32,000 nucleotides of DNA from positions 2,834,064 through 2,866,063 of the forward strand of contig NC_004459.3 in the NCBI RefSeq assembly GCF_000039765.1. Reading direction: 5' to 3'. Below the pieces are notes generated by a model, which had not been told where the DNA came from, searched no databases, and worked only from the letters and a program-made list of their open reading frames with translations. Of the stretch, positions 27,771 to 32,000 are shown in pieces (the first letter of the stretch is position 1; each line of letters starts with the position of its first letter). Both the position numbers and the translations under genes were made by a program. The DNA comes from Vibrio vulnificus CMCP6. GTDB lineage: Bacteria; Pseudomonadota; Gammaproteobacteria; Enterobacterales; Vibrionaceae.

Positions 27771-29459
27771 ATGAATAACGATAAACGCCCACTCTACATC
27801 CCGTTCGCGGGTCCGGCGCTACTGAGTACCCCATTACTAAACAAAGGCAGCGCTTTTTCAGCAGAAGAACGCATCTCTTTTAACCTTGAAGGTCTGCTTC
27901 CTGAAACCACGGAAACGATTCAAGAGCAGGTTGAACGCGCATACATGCAGTACAAAGCGTTCGAGAGTGACATGGATAAGCACATCTACCTGCGCAATAT
28001 CCAAGATACTAACGAAACCTTGTTCTATCGCTTGGTGCAAAATCACATCACTGAGATGATGCCGATCATTTACACCCCGACCGTGGGCGCGGCATGTGAA
28101 AACTTCTCCAATATTTACCGCCGTGGCCGTGGGTTATTCGTTTCTTACGCAAACCGTGATCGTATTGACGATATTCTGAACAATGCCTCTAACCATAACG
28201 TAAAAGTGATTGTGGTGACTGATGGTGAGCGTATTCTTGGTCTGGGTGACCAAGGTATCGGCGGCATGGGCATTCCTATCGGTAAGCTTTCTCTTTACAC
28301 CGCTTGTGGCGGGATCAGCCCAGCTTACACCTTGCCTATCGTGTTGGATGTCGGTACCAACAACCCACAACGCCTTGCTGACCCGATGTACATGGGCTGG
28401 CGTCACCCGCGTATTACCGGTGCAGATTACGACGCGTTTGTTGAAGAGTTCATTCAAGCGGTTCAACGTCGTTGGCCAGATGCACTTATTCAGTTTGAAG
28501 ACTTCGCACAGAAAAACGCGATGCCGCTACTTGAGCGTTACAAAAACCGCATTTGTTGCTTCAATGATGATATCCAAGGCACCGCGGCAGTAACGGTTGG
28601 CTCCTTGATGGCAGCGTGTCAAGCAGCTGGCAGCAAGCTCTCTGAGCAACGCATTACTTTCCTCGGCGCAGGTTCTGCCGGCTGTGGTATTGCCGAAGCG
28701 ATCATTGCACAAATGGTCTCGGAAGGTATTTCGGATAAGAAAGCGCGCTCTCAAGTTTTCATGGTTGACCGTTGGGGTTTATTGCAAGAAGGCATGCCGA
28801 ACCTGCTCGATTTCCAACAACGTCTGGTACAAAAACACAGCGTGACGGCGAAATGGGAAACCGAAGCCAATGGCTTCTCGCTACTTGATGTGGTGAAGAA
28901 CGCAAAACCAACTGTATTGATCGGGGTTTCTGGTGCTCCTGGCTTGTTTACTCAAGAAGTCATTCAAGAGATGCACAAGCACTGCCCTCGTCCAATCGTC
29001 TTCCCACTGTCTAACCCAACTAGCCGAGTAGAAGCGGTACCTGCGGATATCATTCGCTGGACAAACGGTGACGCATTGGTAGCCACTGGCAGCCCGTTCG
29101 ATCCTGTGATTCATGAAGGCAAAACCTACCCAATCGTACAGTGCAATAACAGTTACATCTTCCCGGGTATCGGTTTGGGTGTCTTGGCAGTTAACGCCAA
29201 ACGCGTCACAGACGAAATGTTGATGGAATCCAGCCGCGCATTGGCGACGTGTTCTCCGTTGGCAATCAATGGTAAAGGCGCGCTCCTGCCACCACTTGAA
29301 GAGATCCACACAGTATCAAAACGCATTGCCTACGCAGTGGCGAAAAAAGCCATCGAACAAGGTGTGGCGTTGGAAATTGCTGACGATGCGCTGCAAGTCG
29401 CTATTGAACAACATTTTTGGCAACCGGTATACCGCCGTTACAAACGCACAGCGTTTTAA
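27771..29459 (+). CDS. maeA: NAD-dependent malic enzyme
   Basis: 562 aa from ATG 27771. MYIKRYLQ-type upstream extension judged untranslated; [69 protein letters not shown]. Confidence 0.95.
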   Translation: MNNDKRPLYIPFAGPALLSTPLLNKGSAFSAEERISFNLEGLLPETTETIQEQVERAYMQYKAFESDMDKHIYLRNIQDTNETLFYRLVQNHITEMMPIIYTPTVGAACENFSNIYRRGRGLFVSYANRDRIDDILNNASNHNVKVIVVTDGERILGLGDQGIGGMGIPIGKLSLYTACGGISPAYTLPIVLDVGTNNPQRLADPMYMGWRHPRITGADYDAFVEEFIQAVQRRWPDALIQFEDFAQKNAMPLLERYKNRICCFNDDIQGTAAVTVGSLMAACQAAGSKLSEQRITFLGAGSAGCGIAEAIIAQMVSEGISDKKARSQVFMVDRWGLLQEGMPNLLDFQQRLVQKHSVTAKWETEANGFSLLDVVKNAKPTVLIGVSGAPGLFTQEVIQEMHKHCPRPIVFPLSNPTSRVEAVPADIIRWTNGDALVATGSPFDPVIHEGKTYPIVQCNNSYIFPGIGLGVLAVNAKRVTDEMLMESSRALATCSPLAINGKGALLPPLEEIHTVSKRIAYAVAKKAIEQGVALEIADDALQVAIEQHFWQPVYRRYKRTAF

Positions 29460-29472
29460 TCCTAGTCAAAAC

Positions 29473-29496
29473 AGCCCTCTTCGCGAGGGCTTTTTT
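29473..29496 (+). terminator. Intrinsic terminator of maeA
   Basis: AGCCCTC-ttcgc-GAGGGCT followed by a T run. Confidence 0.93.
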
Positions 29497-29592
29497 GACA
29501 GCAAAAATTCGAGATTTCACCAGAAATTGACTTCAACTCTTCTGTGACTTTCCGTTAAGATGTGGACTTAGAAAGATATGGAGTGATATGTC

Positions 29593-30330
29593 GTGTTTCA
29601 TCGCCTAGCCGGTTTGAAAAGTTGGATAAGTTTAAAACGGCTGATTGGGGGATCACTCGTTGCAATACTCTGCGCGATATTATTTGTCATTATCGTAGAC
29701 CGCTGGGTAAGCTTGCAGGCCTCCGACAAAATCATCACCAGCTATGATCAAGTGGAAGGTTTTGATGTCGCCGTAGTGCTAGGAACCAGTAAATACATCG
29801 GTCGCACACTCAATACTTACTACACACATCGCATTGATGCCGCCATTGAGCTTTACCGACAAAACAAAGTGCAACACTTGCTGCTGAGTGGCGACAACGC
29901 GCATCGCTCATACAATGAGCCGTGGACCATGAAACGAGATCTCCTCAAAGCAGGCGTACCCGAAACGAACATCCACCTCGACTACGCAGGTTTTCGTACC
30001 TTAGACTCCATTGTTCGCGCAAAGAAAATTTTTGCCTCCGATCATTTCCTCATCGTCACGCAACGTTTTCACTGTGAACGAGCCCTGTTTATTGCCAATG
30101 CTTATCAGATCAATGCACGCTGTTTGGCCGTTTCCGGCCCAAGTAACAGCAAGCAAATTTGGTCGATGCGCAGTCGAGAAGTACTGGCTCGCGTCAAAGC
30201 GTTTATCGATCTTTACGTCATTAACACACAACCTCGCTTCCTTGGTCCACAAGAGCCCATTGCGCTCGAACCATTAGAAACGCCTCTTTCTCAATCACCA
30301 GCAGAAGGGTCCGATTCCCTTTCTCAATAA
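29593..30330 (+). CDS. sanA: SanA/ElyC/YdcF family (DUF218) envelope protein, SanA-like
   Basis: VAVVLGTSKYIGRTLNTYYTHRIDAAIELY, LLLSGDNAHRSYNEPWTMKRDL, LDYAGFRTLDSIVRAKKIF, IVTQRFHCERALFIA. Confidence 0.9.
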   Translation: MFHRLAGLKSWISLKRLIGGSLVAILCAILFVIIVDRWVSLQASDKIITSYDQVEGFDVAVVLGTSKYIGRTLNTYYTHRIDAAIELYRQNKVQHLLLSGDNAHRSYNEPWTMKRDLLKAGVPETNIHLDYAGFRTLDSIVRAKKIFASDHFLIVTQRFHCERALFIANAYQINARCLAVSGPSNSKQIWSMRSREVLARVKAFIDLYVINTQPRFLGPQEPIALEPLETPLSQSPAEGSDSLSQ

Positions 30331-30467
30331 ATGGGTAGAAATCTACACCTTTTACTTTTTAAACCTCACAGTTTGTTATTACAACGTTAATTATCACCAA
30401 CACAATACCCACAAAACTCATAACATTCACGTAACGCAAGTCAGTATTTACGCCTCACATCTTTTTA

Positions 30468-30482
30468 AGTGGCATAGCCACT
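30468..30482. other. Short stem-loop upstream of the SLC13 transporter
   Basis: AGTGGC-ata-GCCACT perfect 6-bp arms, 54 bp upstream of the start codon. Confidence 0.4.
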
Positions 30483-30535
30483 CAAGAAAAACAAAACAAT
30501 AACCCTACAGAGGCGAAGCAAAAGGAGCACATGCT

Positions 30536-31906
30536 ATGACCGCACTCGCTGTTACGTTAAAGAACTGGTTACTCACCAGAAACAGCATGATATTTATCGC
30601 TAATATCTTACTGTTCATTACTTTGATGACCACCTTACCTTTTGATCCTAAGGTGGTCGTTGGACTCAGTATCCTTGCTTTTGTCGCGGTACTTTGGCTT
30701 ACAGAAGCCATTCACGTTAGCATCACCGCGCTGCTCGTCCCGATGCTCGCCGTCTTCATGGGCGTTTTTGATACGCAAGCTGCGCTGAATAACTTCTCCA
30801 ACTCAATCATTTTCTTGTTTTTGGGTGGTTTTGCGCTTGCCGCAGCGCTACATAAACAGAAATTGGATCAAGCCATCGCAGATAAAGTGCTGATCCTAGC
30901 GAAAGGCAAGATGTCGACTGCGGTGTTTATGCTTTTTGGGGTTAGCGCCGGACTTTCAATGTGGATTTCGAACACCGCGACTACCGCCATGATGTTACCG
31001 CTTGTATTAGGGGTAATGAGCAAACTCGATAGAGAGAAAAGTCACAGTACTTACCTATTCGTTTTACTTGGTATTGCTTACTGCGCCTCGATTGGTGGTA
31101 TCGCCACACTAGTAGGTAGCCCACCAAACGCCATTGCCGCAGCGGAAGTTGGCCTTGATTTCACTGGCTGGATGAAACTTGGTCTCCCTATCACCATCTT
31201 GTTACTGCCAATTGCATTGATTGTGCTTTATTCAATGACCAAGCCAAACCTTAAGCACTCTTTTGAACTGGACCACACGCCAGTGGAATGGACCAACGGC
31301 AAGAAAATCACCCTTGCGATTTTCCTTGTAACGGTGTCACTGTGGATTTTCTCTAAGCCAGTCAATGCGATGTTAGGTGGCTTCAAGAGCTTTGATACCC
31401 TTGTGGCTATCGGCGCTATTGTCGCGCTGGGTGTTTCGCGTGCGGTGGAATGGAAAGACATCGAAAAAACAACCGATTGGGGCGTACTCATTCTGTTTGG
31501 TGGCGGCCTTTGTTTGAGCAACGTGTTAAAAGCGACAGGCACCAGTGTATTCCTTGCAGAAGGCTTAGGTGCATTCCTTGAGCAAGCTGGCATCTTGTTG
31601 ACCATTCTTGCTGTTGTCACCTTTGTGGTTTTCCTGACAGAGTTTGCAAGTAACACCGCCAGCGCTGCGCTTCTGGTACCTGTATTTGCCACGATTGCAG
31701 AAGCACTAGGGCTATCACCTGTTGTACTTTCTGCTTTGATCGCCATCTCTGCGTCTTGTGCCTTTATGTTGCCAGTGGCGACACCGCCGAACGCCATTGT
31801 TTTTGCAACAGGGCATATCAAGCAAAAAGAGATGATGCGTATTGGTATGGTACTAAACATCGTATGTATCGCCGCTCTGACTCTATTCGCAACGATGTTC
31901 TGGTAA
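30536..31906 (+). CDS. SLC13/DASS family anion (dicarboxylate-type) transporter
   Basis: 456 aa, many TM segments, [19 protein letters not shown] and [29 protein letters not shown], both typical Na+/dicarboxylate symporter signatures. Confidence 0.9.
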   Translation: MTALAVTLKNWLLTRNSMIFIANILLFITLMTTLPFDPKVVVGLSILAFVAVLWLTEAIHVSITALLVPMLAVFMGVFDTQAALNNFSNSIIFLFLGGFALAAALHKQKLDQAIADKVLILAKGKMSTAVFMLFGVSAGLSMWISNTATTAMMLPLVLGVMSKLDREKSHSTYLFVLLGIAYCASIGGIATLVGSPPNAIAAAEVGLDFTGWMKLGLPITILLLPIALIVLYSMTKPNLKHSFELDHTPVEWTNGKKITLAIFLVTVSLWIFSKPVNAMLGGFKSFDTLVAIGAIVALGVSRAVEWKDIEKTTDWGVLILFGGGLCLSNVLKATGTSVFLAEGLGAFLEQAGILLTILAVVTFVVFLTEFASNTASAALLVPVFATIAEALGLSPVVLSALIAISASCAFMLPVATPPNAIVFATGHIKQKEMMRIGMVLNIVCIAALTLFATMFW

Positions 31907-32000
31907 ACATCAATGAGCACTACAACTGCAGGTTAGAGAATACTCTGCACCCTCACTTCCCCCGGGTGGATCTGTAGTTTCCACGCTTTGGTGGCCTTTC

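Noticed and set aside
31964-32000. GTGGA...TCCAC dyad at the right window edge
   Set aside because: Cut off by the window boundary and only 5-bp arms; cannot be evaluated.
1-32000. Possible CRISPR array, transposon, integron cassette or tandem repeats
   Set aside because: Reading through the window showed no regularly spaced repeats, no transposase or integrase motifs and no attC-like arrays.

Overview
This 32 kb window looks like ordinary core chromosome from a Vibrio-like gammaproteobacterium. That host call is inferred from protein character and gene content, since no search was run. It holds about 26 protein-coding genes: a 5'-truncated 5'-nucleotidase-family gene; metA; a PilW/PilF-like TPR lipoprotein; rlmF with an overlapping YgjP-like metallohydrolase; a glutaredoxin-like gene; a divergent LysR/MFS pair; a DUF1415 gene; a MazG-like gene; btuD and btuC; astE; a probable cobT-cobS-cobU-cobC-pepF operon; an NAD-binding oxidoreductase; sbcB; an lrgA/lrgB-like pair; sulA; a long-form purC; pldA; a divergent HrpB-like helicase; maeA; sanA; and an SLC13-family transporter. 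I found no rRNA, tRNA, CRISPR, phage or transposon signature, and no convincing novel multi-gene system. The items most worth a second look are: an unannotated 29-aa basic small ORF (17973-18062) with a Shine-Dalgarno and an intrinsic terminator; the divergent HrpB-like helicase; a stem-loop downstream of pepF; near-consensus regulator boxes (MetJ, LexA, PurR, FNR); a palindrome at the LysR/MFS junction; and the cobalamin cluster, which has no recognisable B12 box.
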